23,497 nt of DNA from an uncultured archaeon (GTDB taxonomy: Archaea > Asgardarchaeota > Lokiarchaeia > Sigyniarchaeales > SOKP01), in contig CAZOYD010000055.1 in NCBI GenBank assembly GCA_964583985.1, positions 1 to 23,497 on the forward strand. Direction: 5' to 3'. The translations under genes and the position numbers were made by a program. The notes beneath the pieces are model-generated. The model was not told the origin of the DNA and searched no databases. It saw only the letters and a program-made list of their open reading frames with translations. This document shows positions 9,002 through 18,282 of the stretch, piece by piece. Every line of letters starts with the position of its first letter. Within the stretch, counting starts at the first letter, position 1.

Positions 9002-10951
9002 TCAAAAATCTTCAGTAATCGCTTTAATCTCTTCGATAAAGGGATTAGCATAAGAGTGCCACATCTGTTTTGTAATGTCATCACCTAGAGTTTGTTCTAT
9101 AAGCTCTTCACCTTTCATTAAATGTTTAAGTGCTAAATCATAATCTTCCAACTCCCTATAACAAATTCCAAGTTTAATGTGTGTTTGATAAATATACCAA
9201 CTATTTGGATTCAATTCTATCGCCTTTTGAAACTTGCTTATTGCTGATTTATGATCATTGAAAGCCATAAGAATTTCACCATATGAGTCTTGATAAATTT
9301 CATTATTTGGCTCTCGTTCTATGAGATCCTGGATTACATTTAAAGCTTCTTCCCTTTTATTTAAATATTGATACCATAGCGCTTTGTAATTGAGAAGATC
9401 GTTGTCTTTGGGGTATTTTTTAGTTAATTCGTCTATTATTTTGAATCCTCCAATAAGATCTCGCATATTTTTTAGAATAGATGCTTTTTTCAGTTTGAGA
9501 TCTTTTTCATTTTCAGGAAAATCTCTTAGCATTCCATCAAAAAGGATTAAAGCTTCATTGTATTTATCAAAATAAAGTAGAATCCTGCTTTTAATATAAT
9601 ATAGATTGAGTTCTTTAGGGTTTTGTTCAATGGCGTTATTTATTTCTTCCAAAGTTTCATCAAAACTCTTTGCAGGGTCTATATAAAAGCTATGCGTAGT
9701 TATTTTTTCGGACTGCTCTTGTGCTTCAGAAGAACTGAAGATCTGGATTTCTTTCCATATTAATCCTTCTAATTTGTCATAAGTATCTAATAGTTTTCTT
9801 TCTTTCTCAATTTTGTATGCTAAATAGTTGATATAATCTGGTAAGAATATTTTTAGAGCTGGTCTTAAACCCGGTTTAAACAAATTTTCAATAATCTCCT
9901 CTAATATTGCATTAACAATACTTTCCATGGTTAATGGAGAGGTTCCTTCTGATATTTCTTCATTTAACTTATTTAAATATGTAAATTTAATAATATGCTC
10001 TTCCACAATTACATTAAGCATCCGTTCTAATTTCCCATTTACTTGAAAATAAAAAGTATTTCCATTGGCTAAATCTAATTTAAAAAATTTTATTGGAAAA
10101 ATATTTTCTTCAACAATACAAAGAATAACAAATTTAAGTTTAATCAGATTGATGTCGTACTTTTTAGAAAACGCCTCTGGAGAAAAATAATGAGGAAATT
10201 GGTCTGGATGATTTATAGAGAGATAAAGTAAAGCTTTATCGAAATTTTTTTCATTTTTTAAAGTGGATTTGACCTTTTCATATGGTAACTTTAACTTATT
10301 GTTTAAAAACCGAAATTTGATATCAATATCTTCTATTTTATACTCTTTAAAGAAAGTGTTTGTGCTTTTAGTAATTTCATTTATCCGTTTACTTTCTTCA
10401 TCTAAGATTGATTGTCTATCTAAATTATACAGTTTTAGTATATTTGAGTATTCAATTCTACCTAATCGAGTAATTCTATATTTTCTCTCTTCCTTTCTTA
10501 TAAACTCCTTGTCTAATAACAAATTCAAATTTTTAGATAAAGAAGATTGATTGATCGAAAGAGGAGACTCAGAAAAATCCGACCACTTACAATAATTATT
10601 GTTAGACACCATCCAAAGAATCCAATGGTCATAATTTCTTGTTCTACGTATAGCTTCGGGAGGAAAACTTATTTTTCTTATTTTTTGCTTTGCTTCAGAT
10701 AACTTATAAAATCTATCCTTACCCTTAGAGGTAATTTTATACTGATTGAAAGTGCTCTTTTCAACATAGTCTTTATCCCTTAGTCTTTTTAGGTAGTTTG
10801 ATAATGTGGAATGCGTAATTTTTTCTTTCAGGTTTGCCCATGTGCACACATCATTATTGTTCAAAATCCATAATATGATAAATTCGTAGTTAGGCTTACC
10901 AAAAGTAGGTTTTATAATCTCTTCAGGAGGATAATTACATGTAGAAACCAC
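9002..10951 (-). CDS. Tandem winged-helix + C-terminal TPR protein (paralog 1), function unknown
   Basis: Two N-terminal wHTH-like repeats (STLSNYLKRL..YVEK..YKITSKG; SSLSKNLNLL..FIRK..YRITRLG). C-terminal TPRs (e.g. YQDSYGEILMAF..AISKFQKAIELNP). GTG start with AAGGAG SD. Collinear paralog at 19224-21155. Confidence 0.8.
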   Translation of the reverse strand: MVSTCNYPPEEIIKPTFGKPNYEFIILWILNNNDVCTWANLKEKITHSTLSNYLKRLRDKDYVEKSTFNQYKITSKGKDRFYKLSEAKQKIRKISFPPEAIRRTRNYDHWILWMVSNNNYCKWSDFSESPLSINQSSLSKNLNLLLDKEFIRKEERKYRITRLGRIEYSNILKLYNLDRQSILDEESKRINEITKSTNTFFKEYKIEDIDIKFRFLNNKLKLPYEKVKSTLKNEKNFDKALLYLSINHPDQFPHYFSPEAFSKKYDINLIKLKFVILCIVEENIFPIKFFKLDLANGNTFYFQVNGKLERMLNVIVEEHIIKFTYLNKLNEEISEGTSPLTMESIVNAILEEIIENLFKPGLRPALKIFLPDYINYLAYKIEKERKLLDTYDKLEGLIWKEIQIFSSSEAQEQSEKITTHSFYIDPAKSFDETLEEINNAIEQNPKELNLYYIKSRILLYFDKYNEALILFDGMLRDFPENEKDLKLKKASILKNMRDLIGGFKIIDELTKKYPKDNDLLNYKALWYQYLNKREEALNVIQDLIEREPNNEIYQDSYGEILMAFNDHKSAISKFQKAIELNPNSWYIYQTHIKLGICYRELEDYDLALKHLMKGEELIEQTLGDDITKQMWHSYANPFIEEIKAITEDF

Positions 10952-11126
10952 AGTTGTTACTCCTTATTTAATGAACCTTAGATGAATAATGCATTAAATT
11001 CTATTTATACTTTATGATCCATAATTATTCCAAGACTCCATATAAACTTCACTAATTTAAACTATATATGCAATAATAACTTATTTACTAATAAGTAAAA
11101 AAAAAATAAAAAGGTGAAAAAAAAAA

Positions 11127-11363
11127 ATGGTTGAAGCTTATGAAAAACTTATTTTTGAAAATGAACTAATTTTTATAGAAGAACTACTCCCTGTTAAACA
11201 AAAACTGATTACAATAAAAGAAACAAACCAAAAAAATGATGCACAATTAGAAAAGAGGAAATTACTTAAGAAATGGAAAAAATCAGAAGGGAAATATTAT
11301 TTAAATACAAAGAACTTAGCTAAAACATACACTAATTTCTTAGGCGTTGGGTTTATCGCCTAA
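11127..11363 (+). CDS. Small hypothetical protein (78 aa), copy 1
   Basis: AGGTGA SD upstream of ATG, duplicated with frame conserved, followed by hairpin and T-tract. Confidence 0.7.
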   Translation: MVEAYEKLIFENELIFIEELLPVKQKLITIKETNQKNDAQLEKRKLLKKWKKSEGKYYLNTKNLAKTYTNFLGVGFIA

Positions 11364-11384
11364 TCTTTTTTTATATCTTATTTT
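11340..11384 (+). terminator. Hairpin plus T-rich tract at the end of small ORF copy 1
   Basis: TTAGGCG-N10-CGCCTAA (11340-11363) followed by TCTTTTTTTATATCTTATTTT. Confidence 0.5.
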
Positions 11385-11583
11385 GAATTTAACAATTTTT
11401 TGTTATATTTTAATGATTTCAATTATCGTTAACCTTAGATGAATATCGCATTAAATTCTATTTATACTTTATGATCCATAATTATTCCAAGACTCCATAT
11501 AAACTTCACTAATTTAAACTATATATGCAATAATAACTTATTTACTAATAAGTAAAAAAAAAATAAAAAGGTGAAAAAAAAAA

Positions 11584-11802
11584 ATGGTTGAAGCTTATGA
11601 AAAACTTATTTTTGAAAATGAACTAATTTTTATAGAAGAACTACTCCCTGTTAAACAAAAACTGATTACAATAAAAGAAACAAACCAAGAAAATGATACA
11701 CAATTAGGTAAGACGCAATTACTTAAGAAATGGAAAAAATCAGAAGGGAATTATTATTTAAATCCTAAAAAATTCGAATTTAGTTTGAAAAATTTAAAGT
11801 GA
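11584..11802 (+). CDS. Small hypothetical protein (72 aa), copy 2, with a different C-terminus
   Basis: Identical to copy 1 for 35 codons, shares LLKKWKKSEG.YYLN, same SD. Confidence 0.65.
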   Translation: MVEAYEKLIFENELIFIEELLPVKQKLITIKETNQENDTQLGKTQLLKKWKKSEGNYYLNPKKFEFSLKNLK

Positions 11803-12138
11803 ATTTTTTAGGTATAACACCCAATACTTTTTTTATATCTTATTTTGAATTTAACAATTTTGAGTAATATTTTAATAAATTCAATTATCGTTAAACCTTT
11901 TATACATTTATAAAGATAGCATAGAAGAATTAATCAATTAGCGTAATTTTTTCGGGTTGCTAAGACAAATTTAAACAGTTCTGCAACAATTGATGATTTT
12001 TACGTAAATATGAGGCATTATTAGAAGAATTATACCATCTTATCAGAAAACCTTTTATACTAACTTAACTTCTTTTTCGTAAATCCAAATAGATGCTCAG
12101 TTCATTTCATTAAAAATTAAATTACGATTGCGTTTGGA

Positions 12139-12675
12139 ATGATATTAAATTTTAAGATTACTGTCATCGGTGATGGAATGGTTGGCAAGACCTCAGTCAT
12201 TAAAAAATTCACAAAAGGCATGTTTAAGAAGGATTATATTAAAACTATTGGAGCGCAATTTTTCGTATTTGATCAAGAAATTAATGAGGATAAAATTAGA
12301 TTATTATTTTGGGATATTGCTGGTCAAGTTGACTATAATTTTTTACGACCCTCTTTTTACAATAAAAGTGACGCGGCTATAATTATCTATTCTCTGGAAG
12401 ATAATGATCTTGGAGAAAAAAGTTTTAATCATATTGTCGATTGGTATGCTGATATCTCAAAATACTGTAGTAAGATTCCTCTCGTTATATTTGCGAATAA
12501 AGTAGATTTAGTGGACCAAAACAATTTTGATGATTCTAAAATCCAAAAATTAGTAGATAGATACGACTTTCTTGGGTTTTATAAGACAAGTGCTAAAACT
12601 GGGGCTGGAATTAATGAAGCCTTTAATGCAATTATTAAAAAACTATATTATAATTATAAAAATCTAAGTGCTTAA
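12139..12675 (+). CDS. Rab-like small GTPase (copy 1)
   Basis: G1 GDGMVGKT, G2 KTIG, G3 WDIAGQ, G4 NKVD, G5 TSAK. 178 aa, no C-terminal Cys. Confidence 0.95.
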   Translation: MILNFKITVIGDGMVGKTSVIKKFTKGMFKKDYIKTIGAQFFVFDQEINEDKIRLLFWDIAGQVDYNFLRPSFYNKSDAAIIIYSLEDNDLGEKSFNHIVDWYADISKYCSKIPLVIFANKVDLVDQNNFDDSKIQKLVDRYDFLGFYKTSAKTGAGINEAFNAIIKKLYYNYKNLSA

Positions 12676-12747
12676 AATGAGTTAATTGCCAATAATATAA
12701 TCTATATATTAGTTGAAAGAACCTAATCTAATTAAAAATCAGAGCTA

Positions 12748-15700
12748 TCAAGAACTCTCTTTTTCAGTCTGTTCTACGCTTTTAAGTAGATCTTCCTTTC
12801 CAAGTTTACGAAATATTACTTTAGCCTCCTGTAATAACGAAACTATTTTTTCTCTTGCAGACGACACGTAATTTTTCTTAAGAAAAAGAGCATAACCATA
12901 AGTTAGCTTCCCCAAGTATTCGGTAATTTCAGGTTTTAATTCTACTAATTCTTTAGCCATCCTTAAGGATTCTTGATACAATAACTCAGCATCATCAAAA
13001 CGATTCATTTTATCCAACAATTCGGTCAATTGAACCGATATTCTCAACGCTCGTGTTTTCATATCTGGTGTTTGTTCCATTTTTCCAAAAAGATTCATGA
13101 CTTCTCTATATTTTGATTCTGCTTTTTCATGCTTTTCAGGAGGACCATACAAATGTAAAGAAGCTGCAAGAAAAAAGATGCACTCCCCTAAATTAACCAT
13201 TAATCCTGGCGTTTTCTTTACTTCTTCTTCATAGATCTGAATAGTTTCATCCATCAAGGATTCGATTTCATCAATTTTATCATTCTTTCTTGATTTGATC
13301 TGTGATGATAATGCTTGGGCTAGTTTATGTTGTACATTTGCTATGTTTATGCGCATCTCTGGTAATGTTTCATTCATTTTTCTTAAAATAACCAAAGCAT
13401 CACGTAAAAGTTCTTCAATCTCACTCAATTTTTCCGTATTCCCTAACAACGTTAATACATCTGCCAGTTTTACTTCAATATTTACAATATCTGAATTAGA
13501 AGTAGTGGATAATTGTGAATTTGTTCTAAGCATGATGAGAACTTCTTTATATAAAATTTCCGCTTGAATTAATTTATCTTTAGTTCTGAATTGAGTTGAT
13601 AATTCTGCCAATGAAAACAAGCTTTTGAGATATTCTGTTTTAACATCAGGAAAATCAGAAGCAAGTTTTCTTTGGATATTAATCGCGTTTTTAAAATGAT
13701 CTTCTGCTTCAATCAAATTTTCTCTGGTTCTTAAAATAGTTAATACAAACGCTAATCCATACTCGATACGTGCAAAAAGGGCTTGAAATTGAGGTGTATC
13801 TATTAAATTTGTCCTTGCGTAAGCTAAAGCTTCTCGCAAAATTAATTCTACTTCATTGTATTTCTGATTACCTTCACCTAATAATATGATATTTGCCAGT
13901 TTATAGGATGTATCCATGATTGCAATTTCAATACCGGGCATGTCGCGTTGATTTTTCAAATATGTAAGAGCATCTCTACAATAGATTTTTGCTTCTTTTA
14001 CCTTCTCCTTTTTAGCTGATTGCTGATACAGTTCAACTAACGCAATCTTGGTTTTATATAAATTCATTTCTGCATTTGGAATATTGCTTATATTTTCTTT
14101 AAAAATTGATAACGCTTCGATTAAACATTTCTCTGTTTCTGCAAATTTCAATGGATTTCTTAACCTTAGTAAAAAGGATGAAAAATTCAATAATGATATT
14201 GCTAGATCACCCTTGCTCCCGGGAAATTCTTTAATCCGTTTTCTAAACATATCAATAGAATTAGTATAAAATTTTTCTGCTTCAATTAGTTTCTCAGGAA
14301 CATTAATCTTACTTAGAAGATCTGCTAAAACTCCCAATGTCCGGGCGAGATTAATCTCGGCTAAGGGATTGTGTTCAATTTGGTCTCTATTTATTTCTAC
14401 AGTATCACGCAATAAATTTTCCGCTTCTGCAAAACGTTGTACACCGCCTAAATTGATTAAAATATTAGCTAGATCGGTTGCTGTAGTCGTTATATCAATT
14501 TTGAGTCCATGACTGGTTTTATTTAATTCTTGTTGGATGGATAATGCCTCTCGATAACACTTTTCTATCTCACTTAAATTCGTTGAATCTCCCATCATTC
14601 TTAAAATGCTTCCCAAACTGGTCAACGCATTTGAAAGATTTACCTTTAGGTCTTTCGATTCTTGGGTAAAATCTCGGTAAATTTGTATGCTTTCCCTTAA
14701 TAAAGATTCTGCCATTTTCATGGATTGAATTCCACCTTTACTTGCAATAAAATTAGCATAATAGTATAAAATATGTGCCATGAGTCCACGTATTTGGGGA
14801 TTCAATTCCACTAATGCTTTGGTAGTTTTGAGTGCATCTTGATATAAACTTAAAGTTTGATTGTAGTAATCTTCTCGACCAAAATTGTGTAGAAAATTTG
14901 CATAGTTTAGTTTTATCATCGCAAGATTGATTTTTAGTTCCGGAATTTGATCCATTAGATCCTCTTGAATTTTTATGGATTCTTGATAAAGGGATATGGC
15001 TTCTGTGAGATTTTTCGCTCCACCTTTTATCATTATTAATTCTGCGAGAGTTACGTTCATTGATGCAATACTTAATCGTGATCGTGGCAAGTATTGAGCT
15101 TCTTCTCTCATTATATTAATAATTTGATGATAAAGATCTTCAGCTTGATCTAATTTCTCTGTCCCTCCTATTATCCTAAACAATTGTGCAAGTGTAAACA
15201 AGTTTTGAACTTTTAATTTTGAAGTAGATATCCCCATTTCTTCTAATCTGGTAGTTATAGATAATGATTTTCTAATTAATGATTCTGCTTCACTTAATTT
15301 TTCTTTATCACCGTAATCTTTTATAAAAGTAGCTAATTGTATGAGATTATAGGCAAGACCTTCCAATGCAGAAGGCATTTTCTCCGAAATATCCTCAAAT
15401 ATCATTAAAGCTTCTCTTTGGAGTGTTTCAGCTTCTTTAAAATAGTGCTCTCCTTGAGTCCTCAAATGAATTGCTAACGAATATAATGAAGAAGCTAAAC
15501 CTCTTTGCATTGACGGTTGAGTTTTTACAATCTCTCTTTGGATCTTAATCGCTTCTCGATACATTTCTTCAATATCTTGAGATTTTTCTACTTTTTTCTG
15601 AAGTACTAATACGTTAGCATATTGTACTAATGATTCTACTAAAGCAGTTTTTGCTCCAGGGATAAAAGTTGCAATTTCTTTATGAATTGTCAAAGCCTCT

Positions 15701-18282
15701 CGACATAAAGTCTCAATTTCAGGCATTTTTTCAGCTTCTCCGTACTTTTGCAACAATCTTGATAAGGATAACATGGAACGAGCTAAATTAAACTTTAAAC
15801 GGGAATCACCCTCAGCTAATTTCTTATTAATTGCATATGATTCACGGATTAATGACTCTGCTTCTCTTAAATTAGTTTCACCTTGGAAAATTAATAAGAG
15901 ATTAGCTAATGCATCAGCAGTTTTAGCAATTTCCCGTTGATCTTCAATCGAATTATTATCATATTTTCTCTTCATTTGTAATGCGTTTCTGAAGAGGATC
16001 TCTGCTTCTTGTAAATTTATTTTGCCCCCCACATTCATTAAGAGGAACGCGAGTGAATCAGAAGCTTGAATTATGCGTTTTCGAGACAATGAAGTTAATT
16101 CAGCAACTTTATCATAATGCTCTAATATCCTTTTATATATCTTTTCGGCCAATGCATTATTTTCCGGACCGCCAAATCTTGCGAGGTTATTGGCAAATAG
16201 TATAAGTATGCCAGTATCATGAGAAGAAATAACCTCACTTGTATAAACCGTTCTTATCCATCGAGTTGGATCTTCTAATAACCCCGCCCAATCAAAAAAT
16301 AAGCATATCGCTGGCGTCAATTCCTGTAATTTTAAATGATCGAATTTCTCAGCTATATTAGCACAAGCTGAAATGTTTGCATACTCTTCCAATAAAAAAG
16401 TAGCATTTGAAGGTTTATATATGCCCGATCTCATCTCATTTTGAAAGGAATTTATCTCTTTTAAATAAAAATCAATAGCCTCTATTAAAGTCTTTCTTGT
16501 AATCTCATCTGAGGAAATCATCTGTCGTATTGACTCGATGCTACGATATCGACCTCCTGATCTTATTAACAAACCATTAGTTAAAGCGGGGGCCAATAAT
16601 TCAGTAAACTTATCTCCAATCTTAAATTGAGCAACTTTTGGGGATAAACCAGCCGGAAAAGCTAGTGCTATTTGTAACGCTAAGCGAGAATCTTCCGGTA
16701 AAAGCTCAAACGTCGTATTTATTACAGCTTTAGAGGCTTTTTCTGGATCTTCTAATAAACTTTTATATAAGTTCTCTTTCCCCTCATCTGATAATTTTGC
16801 TGCTCGACGACCAAGAATTCTTATAGAACCGGGATTTGTGGAAAGCCGATTTAATAACTTTTCTCCCTTTTCTGAGATCGCCTCTGCTTTTGATTCTAAA
16901 ATGAAAAGCTCTCGTGCTTCTTCATAATTAAGAGGTCCTAAGTTAATAGTTAGTGCATTTACGTTATCTAAAAAATCAGATCCGACTTCTTCGCTAATAG
17001 ATGTTCTTGTTGTTAAAATGAGTGCACCATTACCCTCTAATTTCATGAGTAATTGGAATAGGGTGTCTAAAAACTCAGTCTTGAGTTCCTTTTCTTGCCT
17101 TAAAGGATCCTCAACATTATCTGCAATAATTAAAGCTCGACGAGCGCTAACCTCATTAAAAATTTCGTCTTTTTCTGTTATTTCCTCAGATAATCCTAAT
17201 GCGTCTCTGATGCCAAAAATTAAGGAAGACGCTCCCTTCTGATTTCTTAAATCCACAAAAATAGACGTACTAAAAGTATTATTCATGCCTTGTTCTTGTC
17301 GTATGTTCTGAGCAGCAGCTCGTGCTAATTGAGTTTTTCCAATACCCGCAGGTCCAATAATTTCAACTAAAACTGCCTTACTATTGACTAATGCTTTATT
17401 TATCCGTTCTATTTCGATAATCCTTCCTTGAAATCCAGATTCTGGGGCAGGGATGAAATCACTTGATTCTAATAAAGCCAAAAATGCATCCACTGCAGAA
17501 TGAGCTGTTATTCCTGTTCCAACTGCATAAGGAATTACACGTACTCCGATTCGCCTCAATCGTTTCTGTAGTTCAAATTCAGCATCTGGTAAAAGAGCAA
17601 ACACTTCCAATTCATCAACGAAATTTCTATGTAAATATTCTAAATTTTTTAAAATGTAGGTATCAGTTATCGAATAACCAACAAAAATTATCGCCCATCG
17701 TAAAAAAATTTGTTTAAGGACTTCTTGATATGCTTTATCATCTTCAAGCGCTTGATATTGTTCTTTTGTAAACACCATGAGATGAGGTTTAGTAGGATCA
17801 CCATGAATCTTAAATAAAAATTTTCTCTGTTGGAGATTCATCAGCACATCTTTATAATCTCGATATATGATTTCTTCAAGCGTAAATCCACAATGATCTT
17901 CCAAAATTGTATCAAAATTAGTAGTTACTACACCAGGTAGATCATCGCGGAGTTCAGACACTACTTTATATCTTTCAGGCATATCACCAGAGATCTCTGG
18001 TTTTAAGGCTTCTTGAAGGAAATTCATAAAAACTTGAATATCTCCTGAAGCTATCGTCAATTTAGAAGCAATATCAGATAATTCCTCAAAATTTGTATCC
18101 CATTCTAAAGAATTAATTCTTTCCTTTAGATTATCGGAACAATTGATTTTTTCGGAAATTGCTTTTAATAATCGCGCCCAAGATGGAACTCCTAATGCAG
18201 CGCTTACACCAGCGCCGAAAAATGGTAAAAGAGTTCCTGATTTTTTTGCTCTAAATAGTTCTTCTGGAACTGTAACTTTCAT
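12748..18282 (-). CDS. SIR2-like NADase + STAND (NB-ARC/AfsR-like) ATPase + long TPR-like repeat array; NLR/Avs-like immune receptor candidate
   Basis: SIR2: FFGAGVS, PSW, TTNFD, KIHGD, FVGYS. STAND: FQGRIIE, Walker A GPAGIGKT, Walker B LIIADNVE, sensor-1 LILTTR, LGPL..EEARELF, FPAG. Then ~24 helical repeats of ~48 aa. ATG 18282 (in-frame TTG 18285). Confidence 0.9.
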   Translation of the reverse strand: MKVTVPEELFRAKKSGTLLPFFGAGVSAALGVPSWARLLKAISEKINCSDNLKERINSLEWDTNFEELSDIASKLTIASGDIQVFMNFLQEALKPEISGDMPERYKVVSELRDDLPGVVTTNFDTILEDHCGFTLEEIIYRDYKDVLMNLQQRKFLFKIHGDPTKPHLMVFTKEQYQALEDDKAYQEVLKQIFLRWAIIFVGYSITDTYILKNLEYLHRNFVDELEVFALLPDAEFELQKRLRRIGVRVIPYAVGTGITAHSAVDAFLALLESSDFIPAPESGFQGRIIEIERINKALVNSKAVLVEIIGPAGIGKTQLARAAAQNIRQEQGMNNTFSTSIFVDLRNQKGASSLIFGIRDALGLSEEITEKDEIFNEVSARRALIIADNVEDPLRQEKELKTEFLDTLFQLLMKLEGNGALILTTRTSISEEVGSDFLDNVNALTINLGPLNYEEARELFILESKAEAISEKGEKLLNRLSTNPGSIRILGRRAAKLSDEGKENLYKSLLEDPEKASKAVINTTFELLPEDSRLALQIALAFPAGLSPKVAQFKIGDKFTELLAPALTNGLLIRSGGRYRSIESIRQMISSDEITRKTLIEAIDFYLKEINSFQNEMRSGIYKPSNATFLLEEYANISACANIAEKFDHLKLQELTPAICLFFDWAGLLEDPTRWIRTVYTSEVISSHDTGILILFANNLARFGGPENNALAEKIYKRILEHYDKVAELTSLSRKRIIQASDSLAFLLMNVGGKINLQEAEILFRNALQMKRKYDNNSIEDQREIAKTADALANLLLIFQGETNLREAESLIRESYAINKKLAEGDSRLKFNLARSMLSLSRLLQKYGEAEKMPEIETLCREALTIHKEIATFIPGAKTALVESLVQYANVLVLQKKVEKSQDIEEMYREAIKIQREIVKTQPSMQRGLASSLYSLAIHLRTQGEHYFKEAETLQREALMIFEDISEKMPSALEGLAYNLIQLATFIKDYGDKEKLSEAESLIRKSLSITTRLEEMGISTSKLKVQNLFTLAQLFRIIGGTEKLDQAEDLYHQIINIMREEAQYLPRSRLSIASMNVTLAELIMIKGGAKNLTEAISLYQESIKIQEDLMDQIPELKINLAMIKLNYANFLHNFGREDYYNQTLSLYQDALKTTKALVELNPQIRGLMAHILYYYANFIASKGGIQSMKMAESLLRESIQIYRDFTQESKDLKVNLSNALTSLGSILRMMGDSTNLSEIEKCYREALSIQQELNKTSHGLKIDITTTATDLANILINLGGVQRFAEAENLLRDTVEINRDQIEHNPLAEINLARTLGVLADLLSKINVPEKLIEAEKFYTNSIDMFRKRIKEFPGSKGDLAISLLNFSSFLLRLRNPLKFAETEKCLIEALSIFKENISNIPNAEMNLYKTKIALVELYQQSAKKEKVKEAKIYCRDALTYLKNQRDMPGIEIAIMDTSYKLANIILLGEGNQKYNEVELILREALAYARTNLIDTPQFQALFARIEYGLAFVLTILRTRENLIEAEDHFKNAINIQRKLASDFPDVKTEYLKSLFSLAELSTQFRTKDKLIQAEILYKEVLIMLRTNSQLSTTSNSDIVNIEVKLADVLTLLGNTEKLSEIEELLRDALVILRKMNETLPEMRINIANVQHKLAQALSSQIKSRKNDKIDEIESLMDETIQIYEEEVKKTPGLMVNLGECIFFLAASLHLYGPPEKHEKAESKYREVMNLFGKMEQTPDMKTRALRISVQLTELLDKMNRFDDAELLYQESLRMAKELVELKPEITEYLGKLTYGYALFLKKNYVSSAREKIVSLLQEAKVIFRKLGKEDLLKSVEQTEKESS

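Larger units (their letters stand above)
10974..11899. repeat. Direct tandem duplication, ~457-bp unit x2 (10974-11430; 11431-~11893)
   Basis: Near-identical sequence offset by 457 nt over the promoter region and first 35 codons, and again similar in the T-rich tail. AACCTT is present at all three junctions (10974, 11431, 11894). Confidence 0.95.

Noticed and set aside
10974-11899. Duplication as a mobile element or CRISPR-like array
   Set aside because: No terminal inverted repeats, transposase or repeat-spacer periodicity, and only two long units.
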